Below, one piece after another: positions 8,945 through 18,072 of a stretch of DNA of 24,000 nucleotides (its first letter is position 1; each line of letters opens with the position of its first letter). Origin of the DNA: Mycoplasma marinum. Its GTDB lineage: Bacteria; Bacillota_I; Bacilli_A; Mycoplasmatales; Metamycoplasmataceae. The notes under the pieces are model-generated. The model was not told the DNA's origin. It worked only from the letters and a program-made list of their open reading frames with translations, and did no database searches. The position numbers and the translations under genes were made by a program. Where the stretch lies: assembly GCF_004335975.1 (NCBI RefSeq), contig NZ_PSZO01000003.1, positions 98,044-122,043 on the forward strand. Direction: 5' to 3'.

Positions 8945-10160
8945 CTTTTCCTCCTATTTTGTTGATGAATTTTGCAAATAAGCTTTGCTTTGTATTTCTT
9001 AATGTATCAATTGTATTTGGGTTAGTCATAACGATTGTATTAAAGTCTTTTCCGATGACTTTATCATATCTCCTAATAAAATAAGTAGTACCTATTGTTT
9101 CTAAATTTTTTGTATTTGACGCAATAAACATTAATGGTTTGTAAAATGAAACAAATTCCGAACTAAATGTTTTACTCATAAATTTCTTTACCCCGGTAAA
9201 ATTATTAATTTCACCACTTATAACTACTGATAACTTTTTAAATAACTCATGTCTACCAATAAATGCTTGTGCATATTTAGCAGTTCTATTTACAAATTGA
9301 CTTATGATTGTATTTAAGTGCTTTTGAGTAAATGAGATTGTTTTTAAACCTTTTTTTGTTGTAAAAATAATATCATTAGCACCTTCCGACAATGCACCAT
9401 GGACTCTTATAAGGTTTCTTGCGATTTCATTAGAGCATTCAAAGTACTCTGAAACCTTTTCCACCAAATGTTTAAATCCTAAAGGTAAGTCAAATGTTGA
9501 TATTGTTGCTGAATTAACATTAACGGCTACATTCGTGCGTTTCATGCCAATATGTACAGAGATAGCTCCTTCAGCGATTGCTGAATTTGAGATAGTTGCT
9601 TGTGATATTACATGAGTATCTGTCAGTATTTGTGATACTGAAAGCCCTGCATTTGAAATAATATCTTTAATATAACGTTGAACAATTTGAGATATAGATG
9701 AAATTGCAATTTTCACCTTTAATTTATCTCCTCTTTTATTGATCGGTGCTTTATTATAAGACTTTCTTTCAATGCCTGACACTTCGTACCTAACTGGTTG
9801 AACCAAAATAATACTTTGATCCTTTGGTTGATATTGAGCTTCAGCTAACTTAATTACATTATTAATATCGCTTTGTGACACGAATGATGAAGCAATTGTG
9901 ATTTCTTTAACTAACATCTTAATTTCTAAGTTGGTCTTCTTATTAGATTCAACAATAGCAATTACAGATTTTATTTTACCACCTATTACTTTATTTATAC
10001 GTGCAACGGATTCTTTAATAAAACGTGTTTGTTCTAAAGGATTAGAAGTTCATTTTGTATCATTAAATATCTCTACTAATTCAGTAGAAATACGTTCGAT
10101 GCAAACAACTTGAATAGCACCTCTTGAAATTTTAACGTTTGTAACTAAATTTCTTTGCAT
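8928..10160 (-). CDS. divergent FtsA-like (actin-fold) cell division protein
   Basis: Track ORF 8928..9917 extends upstream through one TGA to the ATG at 10160 (410 aa; MQRNLVTNVKISRGAIQVV…), with an SD (TAAGGAAG) upstream. It lies between rsmH and ftsZ. Its segments are collinear with FtsA: HIGMKRTNVAV versus DIGGGTT, and VISGEINNFTGV versus LTGG…PG. The C-terminus carries an amphipathic helix QSLFAKFINKIGG. Similarity was judged by eye only. Confidence 0.65.
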
Positions 10161-10169
10161 GATTCTTCC

Positions 10170-11066
10170 TTATCTTTCTTTTGTGAGCACTCTTAACTTA
10201 GCGCTGCGACTTCTTCTGTTGATTTCAATTTCTTGTTTTTTTGGTTTGATTGTTTTAACAGTGAATGTTTTTTCAAACATGACTGGGAGTTTCCCAGTTG
10301 GGTCTTTGGTTATTTCCCCAAATGCCCTTTTGACTATCCTATCTTCAATAGAATGAAATGATATTATCGCAAATTTCCCACCAGGTTTTAACACGGCAAG
10401 CCCTTGTTTTAATACATCTCTTAATGAATCGAGTTCATTGTTAACTGCGATTCTAATAGCCTGAAATACAGCTTTCGCTGGATTCTTTTGTCTTACGATC
10501 TTAGCTGGAAGAGAGTTCCTTATAATTTCAACAAAATCAAGTGTAGTTTCTATTGGTCGATTCTCTATAACTGCTTTCGCAACTCTTTTTGGGAGCTTAA
10601 CATCAGCATTTTCATAAAATATCTTAACCAACTCTTCTTCAGTTCAATTGTTAATAATATAATGAGCATCCAATTCTTGCGTTTGATCCATACGCATATC
10701 GAGGCGAGCTTCTTTACTATAAGAAAACCCTCTTTGCGCGTCATCTAATTGTGGTGAAGAAACACCAAGATCAAGTAAAATACCATCAACGGAATTAATT
10801 CCATTTTTTTCTAATTCATCCTTAAAAAATCTATTGTCTGAATGAATTAATTTGAAATTATTTGAGATTTGAGAAAGACGAAGGCCACTTTCTTTTATGG
10901 CTTGAGTATCCTTGTCAAATGCTACTAATTTTCCTTTTGGTATTCTTCTTAATATCTCAGAAGAATGTCCACCACGACCTAAAGTTAAATCTACATAAGT
11001 ACCATCAACTTTAAGTTCTAATTGTTCTAAACATTCGTTTAACATAACTGGAATATGTTTTTCCAT
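10170..11066 (-). CDS. rsmH: 16S rRNA (cytosine1402-N4)-methyltransferase RsmH/MraW
   Basis: Fragments 10644..11066 and 10170..10631 are in the same frame and join through a TGA into 298 aa. Motifs include HIPVMLNE, LGRGGHS and DLGVSSPQLD. The start ATG shares one nucleotide with the mraZ stop codon. Confidence 0.9.
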
Positions 11067-11506
11067 TATAGCTCAACTCCTGACTCGAACAGTGAATTAG
11101 CCAGTTCATCAATTGAACCGTCCTCTTCAATTTCGTTTTGGAAGTCCACATATGATTGTTTATCTCAAAGTTCAACTTTGTTACCAACACCCACAAATGA
11201 AACCTCTTTACTAATGGTAGCTTTAAGAATGAAATGATCTGGAAGATTGATACGCCCTAACTTATCAACTTTAAGCTCAATAGTATTTCCAAAAATTGTT
11301 CTTACAAATTTTCTTAAATTTTTATTAAGCATATTATTTGACATAAGTTTTTCACGCATTTTTTCAAATTCGTCTGCAGATCTTAATTCTAAGATTCTAT
11401 CAGGACCGAATGTGGCAAAGACAACATCGCCCAGTTCCTTACGAAACTTTGCAGGTAAAACGATACGTTTTTTATCATCTAAAGACCTATGAAAATGTCC
11501 AAACAT
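11066..11506 (-). CDS. mraZ: transcriptional regulator MraZ
   Basis: The track start at 11515 is a GTG. I prefer the ATG at 11506 (MFGHFHRSLDDKKRIVLP…), which is preceded by an SD (AAAGGAG). The frame continues through the TGA at 11167..11165 to the TAA at 11068..11066 (146 aa). Both MraZ DxxxR half-motifs are present (LDDKKRI and VDKLGRINLP). Confidence 0.9.
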
Positions 11507-11511
11507 AATTC

Positions 11512-11564
11512 CCACTCCTTTCCACTACCTACCACATTATAACACTTTCATAATCTTTAAGCAA
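11512..11564 (-). promoter_or_regulatory. mraZ (dcw) promoter with phased direct-repeat operator
   Basis: The minus strand has -35 TTGCTT (plus 11559..11564), a 17-nt spacer, and an extended -10 TGTTATAAT (plus 11536..11544). Four direct repeats sit at exact 10-bp phasing: AAAGTGT-tat-AATGTGG-tag-GTAGTGG-aaa-GGAGTGG. On the plus strand these appear as CCAC at 11512, 11522 and 11532, and ACAC at 11542. The array runs from the -10 to the SD. Confidence 0.65.
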
Positions 11565-11610
11565 ATTTTATTGTGTTTTTTACAATTTTTTTCCTATGTA
11601 AAAAAACGCA

Positions 11611-11634
11611 AAAAAAATTCCCTATTTAAGGGAA
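11611..11634 (-). terminator. rho-independent terminator downstream of rpmF
   Basis: The minus strand reads TTCCCT-TAAAT-AGGGAA followed by T8. It lies about 30 nt after the rpmF stop. Confidence 0.65.
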
Positions 11635-11662
11635 AAATTTTATTATATAATTAAATTATTTT

Positions 11663-11851
11663 TTACTTGTCGTTAAGACCTTCAATAACTTGTCTGTCTT
11701 TATAAAAACCACAGAATTTACATGCTCTATGCTGTTGGATTTTTTCTCCACAGTTTTTACATGCTACTAAGTTTTGAGGTGTTAGAGCGTCATGTGCTCT
11801 TCTTGTTCTCTTACGCTGCTTCGATGTTTTTCTTTTTGGTACTATAGCCAT
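11663..11851 (-). CDS. rpmF: 50S ribosomal protein L32
   Basis: Intact 62-aa ORF MAIVPKRKTSKQRKRTRRAH… with a CxxC…CxxC zinc ribbon. An SD (AAGGAGG) lies upstream, and an extended -10 TGCTATAAT is at plus 11891..11899. Confidence 0.9.
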   Translation of the reverse strand: MAIVPKRKTSKQRKRTRRAHDALTPQNLVACKNCGEKIQQHRACKFCGFYKDRQVIEGLNDK

Positions 11852-11947
11852 GATGCCTCCTTATATTATTTGTATTTAATTAGTAAAAGAATTATAGCAA
11901 AAAAAAAGGCAATTGGTAAATATTATTGAAAATGTTAAAATTATTTT

Positions 11948-12844
11948 ATGTCAATAGCAATAATAGCAGAATACAACCCATTCCATAATGGGCACATATA
12001 TCAAATAAAAGAAGCAAAAAAAAGGTGACCAAATGAGAGGATAATCATCATAATGTCAGGGAAATATGTCCAACGAGGTGAATTAGCAGTTGCATCATTT
12101 GAAAAAAGAGCTAATATAGCAAAACAATATGGAGCAGACGATGTGATCGAATTACCTTTCAAGTTTGCAACACAAGCAGCGCACATATTTGCAAGAGGAG
12201 CAGTTCATACGGCTGTTAATAATGGAGCGACTAAATTATTCTTTGGTTCTGAGTCTAATAATGTAGATAACCTTAAATTAATAGCGAATACTATTCATAA
12301 TAATAAGTCTATATATAATAAGACACTTAAAAAGTATTTAAAACAAGGATTTTCATTCCCGAAATCAGCGGCTGAGTCCTTATCCGAATTAAGTGGACAA
12401 AATATTACCTTGCCTAACGATATATTAGGTCTTGAGTATATAAAAACAATTGTAGAGGATAAATTGGAAATAGAGCCACATTCTTTAAAAAGAACTATTA
12501 CCTTTCATTCTGATGAATCAAAAGAAAAATTTGCCTCAGCTTCTTTTATAAGGAAAGAAATTTTTGCTGGTAATGATGTTTCACAATGAACTCCTATGAT
12601 ATTTGATAAATTACCAGAAAGAATTGAAGAACATTATCCAACATTTCAAAATATAATTAATAAATCTACTCCTGAAGAATTAAGAAAATGCCCCTTAATA
12701 TCAGAAGGTATGGAAAATTTATTTAAAAAACATATAGATGCAAAAACTTTTGAAGAATTCGTAGATAGAACAAATTCAAGAAGATACACATCTTCAAGAA
12801 TCAAAAGAGTAATGCTTTACTTGCTTTTAAGAATTAAAAAATAA
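11948..12844 (+). CDS. tmcAL: YlbM/UPF0348-family nucleotidyltransferase, probably tRNA(Met) cytidine acetate ligase TmcAL
   Basis: The ATG at 11948 begins MSIAIIAEYNPFHNGHIYQIKEAKK…, which includes an HxGH nucleotidyltransferase motif. The frame continues through TGA codons, joining track ORFs 12053..12589 and 12596..12844 into 298 aa. This is shorter than the Bacillus homologue as I remember it. Confidence 0.7.
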
Positions 12845-12995
12845 TATATAGATAATTAAAAAATCCCTTAAAGATAAGGCATTTTTTTATTTTAAATCCA
12901 TTATAAGTTCAATAGATTATCGAGTGCTTCGATTAAAAAAATACCAGCCTTTGCAGATATTTTAAAAATTATTCATTTTTTTTAATTTGTTCTAT

Positions 12996-13439
12996 TTACC
13001 AGTGAGATAATGTTTGCTTACTTACTCATACTGGATCAATTATATTATTAGCATCAGTAACACCAATTGAACCAAATATGATGGCAATGATAACCATTAA
13101 ACCAATAATTAAAAATGATTTTGATGATAATGTTTCAGGTTTATAACTCAATACTATTACCATCATCAATGAAGCAACTCCAACTAAAATTGAAATAATT
13201 CCTGAAGATAAACCTACATATGCAGTTGTTTTAAATCAGCTAGGCATTTCACTTAAATTAATTTGTGAAGTTTTAAAAACATCCAAAAATTTAATTGTTT
13301 GTGAATATTGTCCTTGTCCAACAGTTTTTGATGCAGCAAGTGTTGCAGCACCAAGTGATATCCCTAAAATTGCACTCAATAATAAAGCAATAAATCCACC
13401 TAGCAATAATTTATCACTCTTTAATTTTTTTATTAACAT
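12996..13439 (-). CDS. small integral membrane protein, unknown function (147 aa)
   Basis: Track ORF 13236..13439 ends at a TGA. Read-through gives …WFKTTAYVGLSSGIISILVGVASLMMVIVLSYK…IIGLMVIIAIIFGSIG…SHW*. I see three hydrophobic helices. It lies directly downstream of the MATE gene on the same strand. Confidence 0.5.
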
Positions 13440-13471
13440 TTTTTTATAAATACATGTTTTTATATATTAAA

Positions 13472-15046
13472 TTATACATTTTTTTCTTTAGAATCTTTCT
13501 TAGCTTGTTTCTTTATTTTTCTCTTTTCTGAAAAAGCGATAATTTTTGCATTAATAACTTCAACTCTTTCGTCCAAGGTAGTATGTTTTTCTTCTAATTT
13601 TCTTCATGTGATGATAATCATAATAACTATTAGTAAACATGTACTAAACGCTAATGTTGGTCACATCCATCAAAATACATAAATATTATTTGTATTATTT
13701 ATAGAAAAATACTTGAATAAGAAGATCATAGGTACAAATAATATGAATCCTCTAGCAGCTGAAGAAATAAGTGAAAATGCAACTCTATCAGTAGAAGAGA
13801 ATAACACCATACCGGCAATAGCTGCAGAAAATAGAGGCGCACCTAACATCAATATCATAAGTGCTTTCTTAGCTTCTGGTCTTATAGACTCATCAACACC
13901 CAACGCTGACATTAGTGGTTCTGCTAAAATTACTGTTGAAAATAATCAAATAATTGCACCCAATATTAAAGTATATAAGAAAGCAAGTATCGTTGCTTGT
14001 TTAACCCTCTTAATTTCTCCGGCACCATAATTATATGAAGCAACTGGAGCAGCACCTTGTACAATACCAAACAATAAAGGGAAAAATAATCCAAATATTG
14101 GGAAAGTACTTGTTAAAACTCAGGTCATATGTTTATCATTACCAAAAACCGCATTACTTACATCTTTTATTACAGTCATTTGCAGAGTACCAGTGAATGA
14201 TTGGGCAGCATTTCTAAATAAAGGAGCTACACCAACTAAAATAATACCAACCATTGATATCATGGCAAATTTGAAACCGAATAAATTTTTAAATCTAATA
14301 ATAGATTTTTTATTTTTAATAATACACAAAACAAGTACGATTGTTGTTATTAAATCCGCAATAGCGGTTGCAGTTGCTGCACCTTCAATACCCATTCCCC
14401 CTGGACCCATCAATAAATAGTCAGCTAATAAGTTAAAGATAACTGGAATAAACATAGCTAATGTAGCTTCCTTCATTCTACCTTCAGTTCTTAATAAAGA
14501 AGAAACCATATTATTGAAAAAGAATACTAACTGCATAGCCGAAATTATTAATGTGTAATTAAAACCAGCTTTTAATATCTCTTCTCTCATTTCAGGTTGA
14601 ATAGCTGAACCACTAGGTATTTGCGTATCAATCCACGATCTTGTACAAGCAATTATTATAGGTGATGAAATAATCATCAATAACATACCAACCATCATAC
14701 CAGTCTTAACTGTATTTTTGGCTCTTTCAATGTCACCTTTACCTAAATTTATGGAAACTCTGGTTGTAGTACCTACTGTAACCATCATAATTATTGCTAA
14801 TCCTATATTCATCATTGGCATTATTGAAGCCATTATTAACCTTACTTCTGGTTTACCTCCCATATAAGAGTCAGATGCAAAGTTAATTGCAAGTATGTTA
14901 TCAGAGAAATTATATATCCCCATAATAGACATTATAATAACTCCGGGTAAACACATTTTAATTAATAGTTTCCACATAGGAGTTTTAATAAACATTTCTC
15001 TTCGCTTATCTTTTGAAGATATTTTATTTACTGCTTTATTCGACAT
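13472..15046 (-). CDS. MATE-family efflux transporter
   Basis: Fragments 14120..15046 and 13670..13912, plus the unlisted pieces between them, are in one frame. I checked 13913..14122 codon by codon and found only TGA interruptions. The product is 524 aa, polytopic and hydrophobic, with MATE-like composition and a basic C-terminal tail. An SD (GAAGGAAGGAA) lies upstream. Confidence 0.75.
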
Positions 15047-15059
15047 TTTGTTCCTTCCT

Positions 15060-15443
15060 TCATATACTTTCAGCCCTTTGTTCTACTTCTTGCAACATTT
15101 TTTTACAAGAGTCAGTCATGAAAATTCTTCTTGTCCTTTTATCTTTAGGATCTTGGACTGTCTCTATCATTCCAATTTCCACATATCTTTTAATACGTTT
15201 TGATATCTTAACCTTAAAGTTATTTTTTTCTTTATCTGTATATTTTTTAAGACCCAAGTCGCATTGCATTTTATGTTCCACTATTTCAGTTATACTCATA
15301 CCATCTGCAACTTCATTTAAATGATTCAAAAGAAGTCAGTCAGTAAGTCTAATTCTTTTCTCATTAAGTTCCATAGATATTAAAGCTTTTTTATATGTGC
15401 TTGAGCACTTTTGGTGAATTTCTATCGCTTCTGTTAATTTCAT
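15060..15443 (-). CDS. MarR-family transcriptional regulator
   Basis: Track ORF 15060..15329 extends upstream through a TGA to the ATG at 15443 (127 aa; MKLTEAIEIHQKCSSTYKKALISMELNEKRIRLTDWLLLNHLNEV…). It has winged-helix features (…ISKRIKRYVEIGMIETVQDPKDKRTRRIFMT…). It ends 13 nt before the MATE start, suggesting a regulator-pump operon. Confidence 0.75.
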
Positions 15444-15449
15444 ATGTCT

Positions 15450-15477
15450 ATTATAGCAAATGATTAATATTTATTAA
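15450..15477 (-). promoter_or_regulatory. marR promoter (-10 placed 6 nt from the ATG) with overlapping inverted repeat (candidate operator)
   Basis: The minus strand reads TAGTTAATAAATATTAATCATTTGCTATAATagacatATG. It has an extended -10 TGCTATAAT (plus 15450..15458) and an inverted repeat TTAATA-nn-TATTAA (plus 15464..15477) over the -35/spacer. No SD is present. Confidence 0.5.
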
Positions 15478-15493
15478 CTATTTATTTCAAGAT

Positions 15494-15516
15494 AAAAAAA
15501 GACCAATTTATGGTCT
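15494..15516 (-). terminator. rho-independent terminator after the 52-aa ORF
   Basis: The minus strand reads AGACCA-TAAAT-TGGTCT followed by T7. The hairpin overlaps the stop codon of the 52-aa ORF. Confidence 0.6.
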
Positions 15517-15666
15517 AGTTACTATTCCTTCTAATTCAAGTATTAACATTGGTACTGCTAATACTATAAGTAGTATCATACAAAATGCAAATACCTTTAA
15601 TAGTGTTTTTTGTCTTGCTTTTTTCTCTTCAATTGTTAATTTATTTTTTTGTTTATTTTTTGACAT
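15508..15666 (-). CDS. small tail-anchored membrane protein (52 aa), unknown function
   Basis: This ORF is below the track's length cutoff. It reads ATG 15666 … TAA 15510..15508 and encodes MSKNKQKNKLTIEEKKARQKTLLKVFAFCMILLIVLAVPMLILELEGIVTRP*. It has a basic N-terminus and one TM helix. It starts 2 nt after the stop of the upstream 171-aa ORF and is followed by a terminator. Confidence 0.4.
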   Translation of the reverse strand: MSKNKQKNKLTIEEKKARQKTLLKVFAFCMILLIVLAVPMLILELEGIVTRP

Positions 15667-15668
15667 AT

Positions 15669-16184
15669 TTACCTCGATGAATCCGCAACATAACTGGAAA
15701 TGATTTCTTTAGTGTATGCCGCTATTGTGTTATGATATTTTATTAATATTTGTTTGACTGAAGATGGTATCTTTGTTGAAGATTTCAACATCTTTAGATC
15801 CAAATGTTCAATAAATTGTTTATCTAATATTTGTTTTAACTCTATATATTTCTTTGTCAAATTCGCATATGTTGATTTCAACAATATTTTTTGCGATGCT
15901 TGAGAAATAATTTTGAGTCTTGTGTGAGCTGAGTAGCTCGCATATTCTTTATAAGTTAATTCCCTCTCCAATTTATGTAAAGCTATGTTGTTATTGTGTT
16001 GAATTTCTTTCATTTGATCGAAAAACAACTTGGATGTTTCATTAACAACTCACTCTGCAGAAATTGTATCCCTCAATCTTGTATTGGCCTTACTTGATGA
16101 ATAAGCTGCTCATCCAGCAAAAATAATAGAGAACAAACTAAGCGTTAAGGAAACAGCTCATAAAATTATATCTGCTAAGTCCAT
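15669..16184 (-). CDS. N-terminally membrane-anchored helical protein (171 aa), unknown function
   Basis: Track ORF 15669..16028 extends through three TGA codons to the ATG at 16184 (MDLADIILWAVSLTLSLFSIIFAGWAAYSSSKANTRLRDTISAEWVVNETSKLFFDQM…). It has one TM helix followed by a K/E/L/I-rich, probably helical domain. I recognise no family. Confidence 0.55.
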
Positions 16185-16241
16185 AGCAAAATTATAAAAC
16201 AAAAAATGAAAATGTAAAGAATATTAAGTAAAATTATTTAT

Positions 16242-16580
16242 ATGTTCTTATATGAAATTAAAAAATCTAAATTTATAGCATACTCTTTTGAGGTGCATTC
16301 TAAAGATGATGTTGATCATTATCTTAAAAATATAAGAGATAAATATAGCGATGCAAGGCATATTTGTTACGCTTATTTAATAAAAAGTGGTTTAGAAATG
16401 GCCGGAATGTCCGATGATGGAGAACCTAAAGGAACTGCTGGAAAACCTATTTTTAATATTATAAAATTAAAGAAAAAAGAAAATATCTTAGTAATTGTAG
16501 TTAGATATTTTGGTGGTAAAAAGTTGGGAGCCAGTGGATTAATACGTGCTTATGTTGCAGCTTCAAAAGAAGTAATTTAA
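16242..16580 (+). CDS. yigZ: IMPACT/YigZ-family (UPF0029) protein, N-terminal domain only
   Basis: Intact 112-aa ORF with family motifs KSKFIAY, ARHICYAY and DDGEPKGTAGKPI. It ends with tandem TAA TAA and then a terminator, so the usual C-terminal domain is absent. Confidence 0.75.
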   Translation: MFLYEIKKSKFIAYSFEVHSKDDVDHYLKNIRDKYSDARHICYAYLIKSGLEMAGMSDDGEPKGTAGKPIFNIIKLKKKENILVIVVRYFGGKKLGASGLIRAYVAASKEVI

Positions 16581-16593
16581 TAAAATTTGACTT

Positions 16594-16630
16594 AAAAAAA
16601 TGAAGCCTATATTCATAGGTTTCATTTTTA
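16594..16630. terminator. bidirectional terminator between convergent yigZ and pyk
   Basis: An 11-bp stem ATGAAGCCTAT/ATAGGTTTCAT contains one non-Watson-Crick position (C opposite T in the plus-strand sequence) and has the loop ATTC. An A7 run lies on the left and a T-run on the right. Confidence 0.7.
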
Positions 16631-16647
16631 ATTATTTATCAATTAAA

Positions 16648-18072
16648 TTAGAATACAAATTCTGTTGTTTTTTCATTTTCAACAACTAAGAATTTATCTC
16701 CAGCTTCAGCTCCATAAGCAATAAGTGCTTCTCTTGCTGATGTTGGGTTAGATTTAATTTCTTCAAATAGTTTTTTAGAATCTAATGAAACAAATACTGA
16801 AGAAGTAATACCAAATCCACCGATTAATTTTTCATCATCTAGAATACCAATAACTGCTGTATTTGGTCTAAATTTAGCTACTTCTTTAAGAAGAGCACCT
16901 GTTCTTGAAAGAACAACTACGAATCTATAATCAGCATTTTGAGTTTTTTTAGCAACTTCGTAAGCAATATCTGATCTTTCGCCTGTTGAGAATTTTCTAA
17001 TTTCTTCTAATTGTACAGGGTAATATAGTTTATTGTAGAATTCTCTTTCAGCTCTCATGTTGATAATTGACATAACTTCAACTGATTCAACTGGGAATTG
17101 TCCAAGTGCTGATTCTCCAGAAAGCATTGTAGCATCTGAACCAAGTTCTGTTGCAAAGTAAACATCTGTTACTTCAGCTCTAGTTGGTTGTGGTGATGAT
17201 TCCATTGAATCTAACATTTGTGTAGCAACGATAACTGGTTTACCAGCTTCTCTACATTTTCTAACTATATATTTTTCTCAGAATGGTACGTCTTGGAAAG
17301 GAATTTCTAAACCAAGATCTCCACGAGCAACCATAATACCATCTGAAGCTTCAATAATAGCATCAATATTTTCAATACCTAATACTGATTCAATTTTTGA
17401 AAATAATTGAACGTGTTTTCCGCCAGCATTATCCATAAGTTCTCTAAGTTCATTAACGTTAGCAGCTGTATTTACAAATGAAGCAGCAACATAGTTAATC
17501 CCTGATTCAATACCAAATACAACATCGTCTTTATCTTTTTGAGCTAAGAATGGTAATGAGAAATCAATACCTGGAAGATTAATTCTTTTATTTGATTTAA
17601 GTTTGTGTGAATTAATTGCTTTAACAATAACTTGTCCTTGTTTAACCTCTTGAACATAAGTAACTAGTTTACCATCATCAAATAGTACTCTATCACCTTT
17701 TTTAACGTCTAAGTGCATTTCATAAGAAACTGAAAATTCCCCTTTAACACCTGAATGTTTTGCAAAATCTTCTTTACCAGTCATAACTGTTAAAATTTCT
17801 CCAGTTTCAACCATGATAAATCCTTCTGCTAGTTTACCAACACGAATTTCAGGTCCTTTAGTATCAAGAAGTACTGAAATTGGTCTGTTAAGAGTTTTTT
17901 GTACTTCTCAAGTTTTTTCCATTTTAGAAAATTGTTCTTGTCTATCTCCGTGTGAGAAGTTAGCTCTGATTGTAGTCATACCAGCTTCTGCAAGTTTAGT
18001 TAACATTTCAACTGAATCTGATGAAGGTCCGATTGTTGCAACTAATTTAGTTCTTTTATCTGTAATGTGCAT
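16648..18072 (-). CDS. pyk: pyruvate kinase
   Basis: Fragments 16648..17217 and 17278..17814 plus the N-terminal piece are in one frame and join through TGA codons into 474 aa. The N-terminus is [42 protein letters not shown]…. Internal motifs include MVARGDLG and MLSGESA. An SD (TAGGAG) lies upstream. Confidence 0.95.

Noticed and set aside
12016-12023. An A8 homopolymer inside tmcAL (and other A/T runs of 7-9 nt) as phase-variation switches.
   Set aside because: Runs of this length are common throughout this AT-rich window. The reading frames are intact, and none sits in a surface-antigen-type gene or promoter spacer.
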